Origin: a virus
Taxonomy: Duplodnaviria > Caudoviricetes
Virus record (IMG/VR): IMGVR_UViG_3300043442_000666
Location: 1 to 37,405 of that record
Length of the DNA: 37,405 nucleotides
Strand: one strand, 5' to 3'
Part shown: in pieces, positions 28,346-36,369 of the stretch
Position numbering within the stretch: the first letter of the stretch is position 1
Layout of the letters: each line of letters begins with the position of its first letter
Notes under the pieces: generated by a model
Told to the model about the DNA's origin: nothing
Seen by the model: the letters and a program-made list of their open reading frames with translations, nothing else
Databases searched by the model: none
Position numbers and translations under genes: made by a program

Positions 28346-29175
28346 AAAAGTCTCACCTTTTCCTCTACAAAAGCCTCTGGTAAATCGTTTATTGCCTTTG
28401 CCGCACTGGTAATATCTGCGGGCTTCTCGATCAGTTTCTTCCAGCCCTTCACATGCTCAAATGCTTCGTCAAGGGCGGGCGTTGTTATTTGTTCGTCATA
28501 CCAGCGGGTAAACTCTTTCAGCCATGCGGAGTTGACTTTCCCTTTCATCACCTGCCCTGTCTTGGAGTTCCACCAGTCGGCGTATTTCAGCAGGTGGGAT
28601 GGAATAAGTTCGCGTCCCTGCCAATATCCCTCTTGTTGGGCTTTTTCTGCCATTCGCTCGAAAGCTAGGAGTCCATCCATCTCTTTATCAGCAGAGGAAA
28701 AAATCTGTTTTTTTCTTTCTATAGTTTCTTTCTCTGTACGATTGTCAACTTTTGACGGTAGACTATCAACTTTTGATAGTCGGGTGTCAAGATTTGACAG
28801 TCGGGTGTCAAACTTTGATTCGTCAGACATATTAAGGCAGTACCACTTTTCAATCCTTGCCGCGTCTGTTTCGTCAACTTCAACGGTTAAAATCCCGCGC
28901 TCTACAGCCTTTTCAGCCCCAGATTTGATAGAGTTGACAGACAATCCAGTCCCTCCATCCATCCGTGAACCGTCACGGCGTTTTCTCCCGTTCTGCAATT
29001 CGTCTAGCGTCATTTTCTTGGGCTTGTCGTACTCGCTAAATCCCCAAGTATGGCGAAGGACATACAGGACAACCTTCAACTCTGCCAAAGAGTCAATCTC
29101 TGGGAGTAGATCAATAAACTCGTGGGGGAGTTTGGAGTAGTTCTGTTCAGGTTGCTTGAAGCCTTGAAATGTCAT
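28342..29175 (-). CDS. phage replication initiator (lambda O-like, N-terminal wHTH)
   Basis: NYSKLPH, AELKVVLYVLRHTWGF and GTGLS motifs; internal iteron repeats. Confidence 0.85.
   Translation of the reverse strand: MTFQGFKQPEQNYSKLPHEFIDLLPEIDSLAELKVVLYVLRHTWGFSEYDKPKKMTLDELQNGRKRRDGSRMDGGTGLSVNSIKSGAEKAVERGILTVEVDETDAARIEKWYCLNMSDESKFDTRLSNLDTRLSKVDSLPSKVDNRTEKETIERKKQIFSSADKEMDGLLAFERMAEKAQQEGYWQGRELIPSHLLKYADWWNSKTGQVMKGKVNSAWLKEFTRWYDEQITTPALDEAFEHVKGWKKLIEKPADITSAAKAINDLPEAFVEEKVRLL
28743..28826. repeat. four 21-bp iterons, probable replication origin
   Basis: TGTCAACTTTTGACGGTAGAC / TATCAACTTTTGATAGTCGGG / TGTCAAGATTTGACAGTCGGG / TGTCAAACTTTGATTCGTCAG, next to an A/T-rich tract. Confidence 0.8.
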
Positions 29176-29567
29176 TTATTCCTCTGGATAAACAAGTCTA
29201 TAAGCTGCTTAGCTGTTGGTATTTTTTGCGGCACAGCCCATCTGCCTTTGTATCTATACTTTTCAACACAAGAGTTTGCAAAATCAATTTCCTTATCAAC
29301 TGGTGTGTCGTGACTTATCACAATTAGCAAGGTCGGCTTTACCTTTTGCATATCGTCACAAAGTCTTTCAAGTGCCAGCTTTTGTCCGTAAGGCATTTCA
29401 GCACCGATCTTTTTTGCTTCTATAAAAACGTAGCACTCGTTTCTAAACTCAATAAGTCCGTCTAAATCTGTTGGTGTGATGTTTCCGTATCTAAGTCCTG
29501 TAAAGTCTCTACCTTGTTTTGCTCTCTGCTTGAAAGTTGTTGCGCCTCTTACAATTTCGCTATCCAT
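29172..29567 (-). CDS. PD-(D/E)xK nuclease-fold protein
   Basis: PTDLDG...FIEAK...GQ motif. Confidence 0.65.
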   Translation of the reverse strand: MDSEIVRGATTFKQRAKQGRDFTGLRYGNITPTDLDGLIEFRNECYVFIEAKKIGAEMPYGQKLALERLCDDMQKVKPTLLIVISHDTPVDKEIDFANSCVEKYRYKGRWAVPQKIPTAKQLIDLFIQRNK

Positions 29568-30478
29568 CCAAATCCCTCATATTGTTTGACAAACGCACTA
29601 ACATTTTTTCCTGAGTAAGTAAGTGCCTGTCCTTGCAACGGTGCGCCGGGATTTCCTTTCGGATCGAGAAACTTTACCCGTCCGGTAGGAAATAAAACCG
29701 CAGACGACACAGAGACAAGGTCCGCAAACCACTGTGTTTCCGTTGCGTTGTTCACTAAAACAATTCCTTCGGTAATGTCGCCACTAGAAACATGCTCGAC
29801 AAACTTAGAAATAAACTGCCTGACTAATTCGGCTGAATAAGGGGGGTTCATCCAAACTTTTCCAGCCCAAAACTTAGAAAGTCCATCATCTTTTGCGGTG
29901 TAAATCTTTGATGCGCCAACTACCTTATTGGCAATTTCAGATGAAGCGGGGTCTAAATCAATCCTTCCCATCACCGCCTTAGCGCAAGCAATGTACTCAA
30001 TCGGTGTGTACCATTCGCTCTCGCCTGTGTTCTGTGCGACGTGTACTTTTGCAGACTTCAAAAGCCCTGATGTAGTAAGTTCAAGTCCGGCATCTTTGAC
30101 TTGCGCTATATGCTGTTCAAATGCTTTTTCTGGAATTTGCGCGGCTTGTTGCCAGCGGTGGGCGGTAGTGGTGGGGATGTCCTGTTCTTCTAACACTTCG
30201 CGGTATTCGGATGGCTGTGTTCCATCTTGGAATTTAGCCTTGTATTGATTTCCTCTATCGTGGTTACTTCGTTCCAACTGCCTAAGCAAATCCCCTGCCT
30301 TACGCTCTGCGCGGATTTTCACTTCGGCGGCGTGATTCTGTGCATCCAATCCCAGCTTCGCAGCGCGGGCATAAGTTCGTGCGGCTTCGGCAATATCCAT
30401 AATCTCCTTGACTTCATCAAGGCTTTTTGCCTCCGCTAACATCTGTGTGGCTTTATCTAATTTTGCAAGAGAGTTCAT
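29549..30478 (-). CDS. phage DNA N6-adenine methyltransferase (phage Dam family) with helical N-terminal domain
   Basis: EWYTP, DLDPAS, DGL, WMNPPY, TETQWF and GRVKF motifs. Confidence 0.9.
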   Translation of the reverse strand: MNSLAKLDKATQMLAEAKSLDEVKEIMDIAEAARTYARAAKLGLDAQNHAAEVKIRAERKAGDLLRQLERSNHDRGNQYKAKFQDGTQPSEYREVLEEQDIPTTTAHRWQQAAQIPEKAFEQHIAQVKDAGLELTTSGLLKSAKVHVAQNTGESEWYTPIEYIACAKAVMGRIDLDPASSEIANKVVGASKIYTAKDDGLSKFWAGKVWMNPPYSAELVRQFISKFVEHVSSGDITEGIVLVNNATETQWFADLVSVSSAVLFPTGRVKFLDPKGNPGAPLQGQALTYSGKNVSAFVKQYEGFGWIAKL

Positions 30479-30669
30479 TCTTTCCCTTTCATTTCCTCAA
30501 TCAATGCCTGGCGTTTCTTTTCCAACTCTTCAATCCGCTTCTTCTGCTGGAAACTCAAGTTTTCCGTCAACTCGACGTGCCTCTCAAGTTCCCGTATTTC
30601 CATGACGATAAGGGCGATTCGATCTAACAAGTCGCTGTCGTGCTGTTGGCTTCGTCCTTTTACCGTCAT
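30475..30669 (-). CDS. small coiled-coil protein
   Basis: AGGA RBS; ATGA overlap with the methylase gene. Confidence 0.6.
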   Translation of the reverse strand: MTVKGRSQQHDSDLLDRIALIVMEIRELERHVELTENLSFQQKKRIEELEKKRQALIEEMKGKE

Positions 30670-30745
30670 ACTGTTTCCTGCAAAGTGCTGACAAATCTGG
30701 TGATGGTGCTACGATAGAGTTATGAAACTCATCCGTCCACCGCCG

Positions 30746-30964
30746 TCAAACTACCTTGTAAAACTTCTCCCCGATTGTCACCGCGCCGTCCTCAAACGTC
30801 GCCGCAAACAAATGGGTAGGCTTGTCTTTCCACTTCTCTGCCATCTCTAAAACGTCGCTCATCTGCCACTCAGGGAAAACATAAGCCTCTGTTACAAGGT
30901 CCTGCCACTCATAACGACGTGACAGGAATTTTTTACCGCATCCAATGATGAAGCCAGTAGTCAT
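30746..30964 (-). CDS. hypothetical protein
   Basis: ATGA-coupled to the upstream gene. Confidence 0.6.
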   Translation of the reverse strand: MTTGFIIGCGKKFLSRRYEWQDLVTEAYVFPEWQMSDVLEMAEKWKDKPTHLFAATFEDGAVTIGEKFYKVV

Positions 30965-31323
30965 GCAACTTTCCTGATACTGACAGAAGGCTCGCCCTGC
31001 TTGCGAAATTCAACAATCGCTGGATTGGCTTTGGCATACCCATCGAGGGCTTTGGTATCCCAGGAGACACGTCCTTTGGTAAATACCGCCTGCAAACTTC
31101 CACCCTTCGCCGTTTCGCCAGCCTCAAGCACGGTAGACTTTACCTGCGCTTCGAGTGCCGAGATTTCTTCGCTGATGGCGTCCTGCTTGGGTGCGTACTC
31201 CGCTTCGATCTCGTCCAAAATATTCTGGACTTCCGCAGGAATCGCCGCCTTTTTATCGAGAGAAAGAAGATCACGCTTGGCGTACAGTTCGGTAAGTTTT
31301 TCGAGTAATTGTGTGGTGTTCAT
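30961..31323 (-). CDS. Gam/Gp157-like coiled-coil protein (possible host-nuclease inhibitor)
   Basis: N-terminal coiled coil plus short beta-rich tail (GRVSWD...PSVSIR); family assignment is tentative. Confidence 0.5.
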   Translation of the reverse strand: MNTTQLLEKLTELYAKRDLLSLDKKAAIPAEVQNILDEIEAEYAPKQDAISEEISALEAQVKSTVLEAGETAKGGSLQAVFTKGRVSWDTKALDGYAKANPAIVEFRKQGEPSVSIRKVA

Positions 31324-31459
31324 GTGTGTCCTTTCGGATTCATCTTCCCGGTAGAGCCTGCTTTTGTTTCAGCAAAAAATTTGTAACCTATAAGCGGGCT
31401 GATACTCCAGACGTAGCTCCACCGGGTCGAAAGATGGTGTAATCGGCGCAGAGCCGTGA

Positions 31460-31531
31460 TTACCGTAAGTTCAACTTCCAATCAACGTACAAGGCGATCA
31501 TTGCGAGGATGAAAATAACGATGTATGTCAT
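31460..31531 (-). CDS. 23-aa hydrophobic peptide
   Basis: MTYIVIFILAMIALYVDWKLNLR with AAAGGA RBS. Confidence 0.5.
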   Translation of the reverse strand: MTYIVIFILAMIALYVDWKLNLR

Positions 31532-31704
31532 GGGGTTTCCTTTCGTTCCTCCCCCGCTTCCACTCTCAGCCAGCAGACTGAGAGGGAAGGGGTCAAAAGG
31601 AGGAAAAAATGTTACGCGCTAACGGATGGGTGGAGCATCCGTAATAGCCAACTGTCGGCGCGAAAGCCATAAGGCAATCCGCGCTCGGATAGGGTTGAAG
31701 TCTG

Positions 31705-31887
31705 TCATTTCAATGCCTCAAACCTGCGGACACGTCCAACAATGACAGAGACTCTAGCCTTTGAAACGCCCCAGCGATTCGCCAGCATTTGTCGAGTCCA
31801 CCCTTTCTCAGCCACAAGGCGGATACCTTCCCGCCTGCGCTTCAGGGTGAGAGGTGAAAGTTTACTGTTGTTGTCGGTTGTTTTCAT
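31705..31887 (-). CDS. Cro-like HTH regulator
   Basis: GWTRQMLANRWGVSKARVSVIV helix-turn-helix; divergent from the repressor. Confidence 0.8.
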   Translation of the reverse strand: MKTTDNNSKLSPLTLKRRREGIRLVAEKGWTRQMLANRWGVSKARVSVIVGRVRRFEALK

Positions 31888-31893
31888 AAGTCA

Positions 31894-31922
31894 ATCTTAC
31901 ACCCGTTGTTTACTCATGTCAA
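31894..31922 (-). promoter_or_regulatory. sigma70-type early promoter for the cro operon
   Basis: TTGACA (31922-31917), 17-bp spacer, TAAGAT (31899-31894). Confidence 0.8.
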
Positions 31923-31958
31923 TAGTATAAAACCACAGAAAACAAAGAGTCTATTAAA

Positions 31959-32339
31959 ATGTCAACGATGACAAAATTTACCGGATGGCTTGATGACGAA
32001 TTGAGAGCTAGGGAGTGGAAGCCCGCTGACTTGGCAAAGAAAGCGGGAATTAGCCGTTCGATATTATCTCTATATGTAAGCGGGGAGCGCGAACCCGGAA
32101 TCGAGGTGTGCGTAAAAATTGCAAGGGCATTTGGTGTCGATCCTGTGGATGTCTTGGTAATTGCGGGGATACTTGAAGAACGGGACAAGGAACGAACACC
32201 ACTAAGAAATTTTGATAAAACAGTAATATCCCTTATCCAAACCTTAGTGTCACCTGAGCAACAGGAGGGTTTTATTGAAATCACACGTGCGTTTACCAAA
32301 GCCTCAAAGTCTAGAGGCAGAATTGAGCAAACTAAATAG
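31959..32339 (+). CDS. CI-like XRE-family repressor
   Basis: ADLAKKAGISRSILSLYVSGEREP...KIARAFGV (HTH_3); true start may be ATG 31968. Confidence 0.9.
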   Translation: MSTMTKFTGWLDDELRAREWKPADLAKKAGISRSILSLYVSGEREPGIEVCVKIARAFGVDPVDVLVIAGILEERDKERTPLRNFDKTVISLIQTLVSPEQQEGFIEITRAFTKASKSRGRIEQTK

Positions 32340-32460
32340 ACTGCAACTACTATTCATGCTTTTTGTAGCGGTGTATTTTTACTTAAGGAAAAAGTATGAT
32401 TCGTTTTTCAGTATGGGCGGCAGTATCAACAATAGATCAAGTAGAGGGGGCGAGCCTTGA
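32323..32460 (+). CDS. possible small membrane peptide
   Basis: TTG start with GAGG upstream; one TM (LLFMLFVAVYFYL); overlaps the integrase start. Confidence 0.3.
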   Translation: MSKLNRLQLLFMLFVAVYFYLRKKYDSFFSMGGSINNRSSRGGEP

Positions 32461-33823
32461 TAATCAAATAGACAAGTGCAAAGAGAGAGGAAATCAAGAG
32501 GGCTGGTACAACACCGGCTTGGTTTACGTTGCCGATGGCTACTCACGCACCGGGTATGTAAACTTATCTGACGCAGAGACAGACATTCCACCCCTCGGTA
32601 AGATGCTGTCTGACATGCGGGCGGGTCTGTTCGACGTGCTTGTTGTCTGGAACTACGATAGGTTGGGCGACTTGATAATCATGGTGGCGACGGAGTTTAG
32701 AAATCGCCGCGTGCAGCTATTCAGCCTCGCCCAACCTACGCCCGTCCAAGCCGACTACAATCCGTACATGGATGACTCGTCATTCATCATGCAAGCTCTC
32801 GCCCCAATATGGCAAAAACAACGGATTGCCGATCTGCGCCGCAAGTGGGAAACGGGTATTCCACGCCGAATAAGAAACGGCTTACACCCTGGCGGTCCCG
32901 TTCCATTCGGATACAGAAAAGTAAAGGATGACGAACCTTTCGAGATTGTCCCTAGCGAGGCGACGGCTATCAAAGAAATGGCGCGGCTGTATCTGGAAGG
33001 TCGGTCTTTGCGTGCCATTTCCCAACATTGCAACGAGTCGAGTGTGAAAACCCCCCACAATAAACAATGGTCAACCGCCATGGTTTCAGGCATCCTGCGG
33101 AATCCTTTTTACTGTGGGGTGGTGCAATGGCGCAAAGAGCGCGTGACGAATGGCAGGCGGTACAGGAACTTTGACGCATCCCGCATCAAGGAACAAGGTA
33201 AGCACCAGCCTATCTTTACCCCTGAATACTTCGAGACGATACAGGCTGAACTTAGGCGACGGGCAGAGCGTAATAAAAAGAACAACATCAAGTACCCATT
33301 TACAGGGCTTTTGTATTGCGGGTACTGTGGGCAAAAACTTTACCGCTCCGGCTTCGATCCGTACTTTTACATCACCGAACCCAAAGAGCCTTGTCAGTCT
33401 CATCAGTACGAGAAGCTGATAAAGACACTGGCGGAAGAAATCCAGAAGCAGAGTTTAGAGCGACGCAATCCCCGCGAGGAAGTCCAAGCGCAAAAGGTGA
33501 ACTTTACCGCCGAGATAAAAGACATCGAAAGCAGGATAGAGCGCGTCCAGAACTCCGCCGAACTTGGGGTATATACTCCCGTCGAAGCCGCCAAGCGCGT
33601 GTCGGCGTTGCGAGCCGAACTGGAAAAGATAGAGATACAAAAACTAGACGCCGAGCGATCAGAACGCGCCAAGAAAGAATTTGACGAATCCTTTGAGGAA
33701 CTGGAATACATGGCGGAATGGATACAATCTGACGATCCGATGGTGGTAAATCAAATCCTGCACTCTGTTATTGAAAGGGTGGAAGTGTATCGAGGGGGCA
33801 GGTGTGAAATCCATTGGAGATAG
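32396..33823 (+). CDS. large serine recombinase (phage integrase)
   Basis: Resolvase domain (AVST, DG.S, DRLG), recombinase domain (PFGY, ILRNPFYCG, HQPI), GLLYCGYCG zinc ribbon and coiled coil. Confidence 0.92.
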   Translation: MIRFSVWAAVSTIDQVEGASLDNQIDKCKERGNQEGWYNTGLVYVADGYSRTGYVNLSDAETDIPPLGKMLSDMRAGLFDVLVVWNYDRLGDLIIMVATEFRNRRVQLFSLAQPTPVQADYNPYMDDSSFIMQALAPIWQKQRIADLRRKWETGIPRRIRNGLHPGGPVPFGYRKVKDDEPFEIVPSEATAIKEMARLYLEGRSLRAISQHCNESSVKTPHNKQWSTAMVSGILRNPFYCGVVQWRKERVTNGRRYRNFDASRIKEQGKHQPIFTPEYFETIQAELRRRAERNKKNNIKYPFTGLLYCGYCGQKLYRSGFDPYFYITEPKEPCQSHQYEKLIKTLAEEIQKQSLERRNPREEVQAQKVNFTAEIKDIESRIERVQNSAELGVYTPVEAAKRVSALRAELEKIEIQKLDAERSERAKKEFDESFEELEYMAEWIQSDDPMVVNQILHSVIERVEVYRGGRCEIHWR

Positions 33824-33829
33824 TTACGG

Positions 33830-33863
33830 AAGTGAAAAGAACTCGGACAGGTTCTTGCCACTT
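33830..33863. other. candidate attP
   Basis: Imperfect inverted repeat AAGTG-AA-AAGAAC-N8-GTTCTT-GC-CACTT right after the integrase stop. Confidence 0.35.
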
Positions 33864-33867
33864 TAGG

Positions 33868-33903
33868 AAATCCCCTAGTCGAGAGGCTGGGGGATTTTAT
33901 TTT
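33868..33903 (+). terminator. intrinsic terminator after the integrase
   Basis: AAATCCCCTAGTC-GAGA-GGCTGGGGGATTT followed by a T-run. Confidence 0.8.
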
Positions 33904-33933
33904 GCCTATTGTGTTTTCTGTTGTAATTTGCTA

Positions 33934-33962
33934 TTGACATGAGTAAACAACTGGTGTATTAT
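33934..33962 (+). promoter_or_regulatory. sigma70-type early promoter for the recombination/cassette operon
   Basis: TTGACA, 17-bp spacer, TATTAT; near-identical to the cro promoter. Confidence 0.85.
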
Positions 33963-33986
33963 TCAGCATATCAACAGGAGCAACTT

Positions 33987-34187
33987 ATGACAACCTCCAT
34001 CCTCGACACCCCCTCCCTTACCGAATCACAGCAAACCGCGCTTGCGCTGGTGGATGCCCGCCCCGGACTGACGGTGGAGGACTACGCCGATGGTGACGCG
34101 GAATTGTGCAAGGCGTTCTACTGGCTCAACTTCAACCGCTATATCACGATTGATCCTGTCACCCAAGCGGTGACGGTGAAAGGATAA
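33987..34187 (+). CDS. small winged-helix-like hypothetical protein
   Basis: AGGAG RBS before ATG 33987. Confidence 0.65.
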   Translation: MTTSILDTPSLTESQQTALALVDARPGLTVEDYADGDAELCKAFYWLNFNRYITIDPVTQAVTVKG

Positions 34188-34190
34188 ACA

Positions 34191-34577
34191 ATGAGACGAT
34201 CAGCAGTAGGTGTAATGAATGGAAACTTTCGCGGCGGTATGTACTATGACTACCGCAAGCAGGTTGAAGCTGGCGAGCGAAAAGAAGCACTGCTTCGCGT
34301 TGAACGAATGTACATGGAAGAATGCTTTGAACTAGAGGGCGATTCTTTTGTGACATGGTACGAAAGCGACGCTGTTCCTCAGTATGGTTCCATTCAATCC
34401 CGCATTGATCTTATCAAGGCGCGAATTGCAGAAATTCAAAGCCAGCCCCATCCCGTAGATGTTGCCCAAGCAGTAGAGCGCGAGATTGACGAGACACTGG
34501 AATGGCAAAACAAAGCGATTGACGAGCATAACGACTGGCTCGATGAAAACAGAACGATACGGGAGGCACTGGCATAA
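34191..34577 (+). CDS. hypothetical protein
   Basis: AAAGGA RBS; 128 aa. Confidence 0.7.
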   Translation: MRRSAVGVMNGNFRGGMYYDYRKQVEAGERKEALLRVERMYMEECFELEGDSFVTWYESDAVPQYGSIQSRIDLIKARIAEIQSQPHPVDVAQAVEREIDETLEWQNKAIDEHNDWLDENRTIREALA

Positions 34578-34644
34578 ACAGGCTTGCCACCCGACACGGA
34601 CCGCGCTAGAGGCGCGGGAAAACTAACGAAAAAGGATAATCAAA

Positions 34645-35160
34645 ATGTTTGACCCGAAAAGCAAAATCTCCAATCTGCGTGGAAAAGAATACCTTGAAGT
34701 CAAATGGCGTTTAGTCTGGTTTCGTGACGACCGAAAAGACGGCACGATCTTGACCGAAGTTATCAGCACTACGCCTCTTATGGTAAAGGCTACCGTCAAG
34801 GATGGTGACAAAGTCTTGGCGACTGGCTACGGCTCTGCACAGGTAAAACAGGGTGCGGTATGGGCTGGACGTGAGATCGAAAAGGCGGAGACTGCCGCCA
34901 TTGGACGCGCTCTTGCACACGCTGGCTACGGTACTCAGTTCACCGATGAGGACGAAGGCGAACACTTAGCCGACACCCCCGTTGAGCCACACAAAGAAAC
35001 GGTGTTTGAAAAGTACACCAAACTTCTCAACGAAGCCAAAGGGCTTGGTATTGATGGACTTGAAGATTATCAAGTCACCGAAAACATGACGGACTCAGAA
35101 ATCATCTCGCTTGGTAAGGAACTCCGCGCCAAAGTCGAAGCAAAGAAGGCAGGTAAATAA
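34645..35160 (+). CDS. Rad52/Sak-like single-strand annealing protein
   Basis: GKEYLEVKWR...ATG...EKAETAAIGRAL..AGYG; adjacent to ssb. Confidence 0.7.
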   Translation: MFDPKSKISNLRGKEYLEVKWRLVWFRDDRKDGTILTEVISTTPLMVKATVKDGDKVLATGYGSAQVKQGAVWAGREIEKAETAAIGRALAHAGYGTQFTDEDEGEHLADTPVEPHKETVFEKYTKLLNEAKGLGIDGLEDYQVTENMTDSEIISLGKELRAKVEAKKAGK

Positions 35161-35549
35161 TGTCTTGGTATTCCTACGATAACACTGTGATTGTTGGCAA
35201 AGTTGGCAAAGACGCAGAAATGAAGTTCGCCGGGAATGGTACAGCCGTCACCAGTTTCAGCCTCGCGGTAGATCGTTCATTCAAGAAGGACGGCGAAACG
35301 GTAAAGCGCACCATCTGGTATCGTGTGCAGGTGTTTGGTAAGCTTGCCGAGATCGTGAAGGACGTGAAAAAGGGTGACACCATCCTTGCAGAAGGAACGC
35401 TCGAAGCCGACTGGACGACTGGCGCACCCCGTATCTGGAATAAACAGGATGGTACTGCCGCCGCCTCATTCGATCTGACTGCGAAGGAAATCAAATTCCT
35501 TTCGCAAAAGTCGAAACAAGAACAAGTCGAGGACGAAAATCCGTTCTAA
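35160..35549 (+). CDS. ssb: single-stranded DNA-binding protein
   Basis: VGKVGKDAEMK, FSLAVDR, WYRVQVFGKLAE, KKGD motifs; acidic DENPF tail. Confidence 0.95.
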   Translation: MSWYSYDNTVIVGKVGKDAEMKFAGNGTAVTSFSLAVDRSFKKDGETVKRTIWYRVQVFGKLAEIVKDVKKGDTILAEGTLEADWTTGAPRIWNKQDGTAAASFDLTAKEIKFLSQKSKQEQVEDENPF

Positions 35550-35593
35550 CTCCCTCGGTGCGTAGGTGTCACAGCCTACGCACCAGCATCCCT

Positions 35594-35857
35594 ATGGCAT
35601 CCAACACCTTCACCCGCACAGACGTAAACGGAAACTCCCGAACGTACTCCCGCAAAGGGACGCAGGGACGTACTAAGTCTAACTTACCCCTGAAAACATC
35701 AAGTGTCCTAATCCACTTGACAGAAAAGGACAAGATCGAATTTTCATCGTTTTGCAAGAGACTAGGTATGTCAGAGTCTAGTGCTGGTGAGTTGGCGTTG
35801 TTTACACTGATGCGCGATATAGAATTATCCGTATCAGATAATTGTTTCAAGCAATAG
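35594..35857 (+). CDS. ribbon-helix-helix (CopG-like) DNA-binding protein
   Basis: VLIHLT strand followed by helix-GMSES-helix; start uncertain. Confidence 0.55.
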   Translation: MASNTFTRTDVNGNSRTYSRKGTQGRTKSNLPLKTSSVLIHLTEKDKIEFSSFCKRLGMSESSAGELALFTLMRDIELSVSDNCFKQ

Positions 35858-35879
35858 TTAGTTGCTTCGTGAGGTAAAA

Positions 35880-36113
35880 ATGTCCAGCACCAGAACAAAG
35901 AAACTTCAACAAGAATGCGTGCGACTCTCGTCATTGCAAATGAAATCAACGGGCGAACGATATTTGGAACTTGACCGCCAGTGGTCTCGCGTTGCAGTGT
36001 TACTCAATAAATCAAGGTTGCGTGATTTCATAAACGCAACTAACAAGGCGTGCAGCCGACAAGAGCCAGCGGGCGCGTCTAAAAGTCAAGTTGCGTGTGG
36101 CTCTTGCGGCTAA
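35880..36113 (+). CDS. cassette 1 hypothetical protein (reads through attC1)
   Basis: GAGGT RBS before ATG 35880; TAA lies within L' of the attC. Confidence 0.7.
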   Translation: MSSTRTKKLQQECVRLSSLQMKSTGERYLELDRQWSRVAVLLNKSRLRDFINATNKACSRQEPAGASKSQVACGSCG

Positions 36114-36128
36114 CGCAATCCGTTGGGC
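36038..36128 (+). repeat. attC site 1 (91 bp)
   Basis: AACTAAC...GTG[C]AGCCG[A]CAAGAGCCA / TGGCTCTTGCGGCTAAC...GTTGGGC. Confidence 0.88.
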
Positions 36129-36150
36129 GGACTAAGCCCAGGAGGAAGTT

Positions 36151-36369
36151 GTGCAAGTAAAAGTTGATATTCAATTACGGTGTAACTCTTGCGACACTGT
36201 TTTGACCACATCAGTAGTAACACTCGCTGATAAAGATGGTTTATATGCCTATGTTGACCCGTGCCAAAAGTGTGCCGCCCAACAACAGCATGCACCTGAC
36301 GTGCTACGCAGTGGGCATTGTGAGCATGTCCCTGATGGGCAGTATTGCCCGTATTGTAAAGAAGCGTAG
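36151..36369 (+). CDS. cassette 2 small zinc-ribbon protein
   Basis: AGGAGG RBS, GTG start, CNSC...PCQKC motifs. Confidence 0.7.
   Translation: MQVKVDIQLRCNSCDTVLTTSVVTLADKDGLYAYVDPCQKCAAQQQHAPDVLRSGHCEHVPDGQYCPYCKEA

Noticed and set aside
28127-29140. 337-aa plus-strand ORF
   Set aside because: It is the antisense shadow of the initiator and primase genes; its repeats simply mirror the iterons.
31610-31700. c-di-GMP-I riboswitch (GCGAAAGCC resemblance)
   Set aside because: The rest of the consensus is missing and the resemblance is on the strand opposite to the operon.
35543-35590. TTCTAAC plus hairpin after ssb as a further attC
   Set aside because: The stem is perfect with no extrahelical bases and there is no matching GTTRRRY at the right distance.
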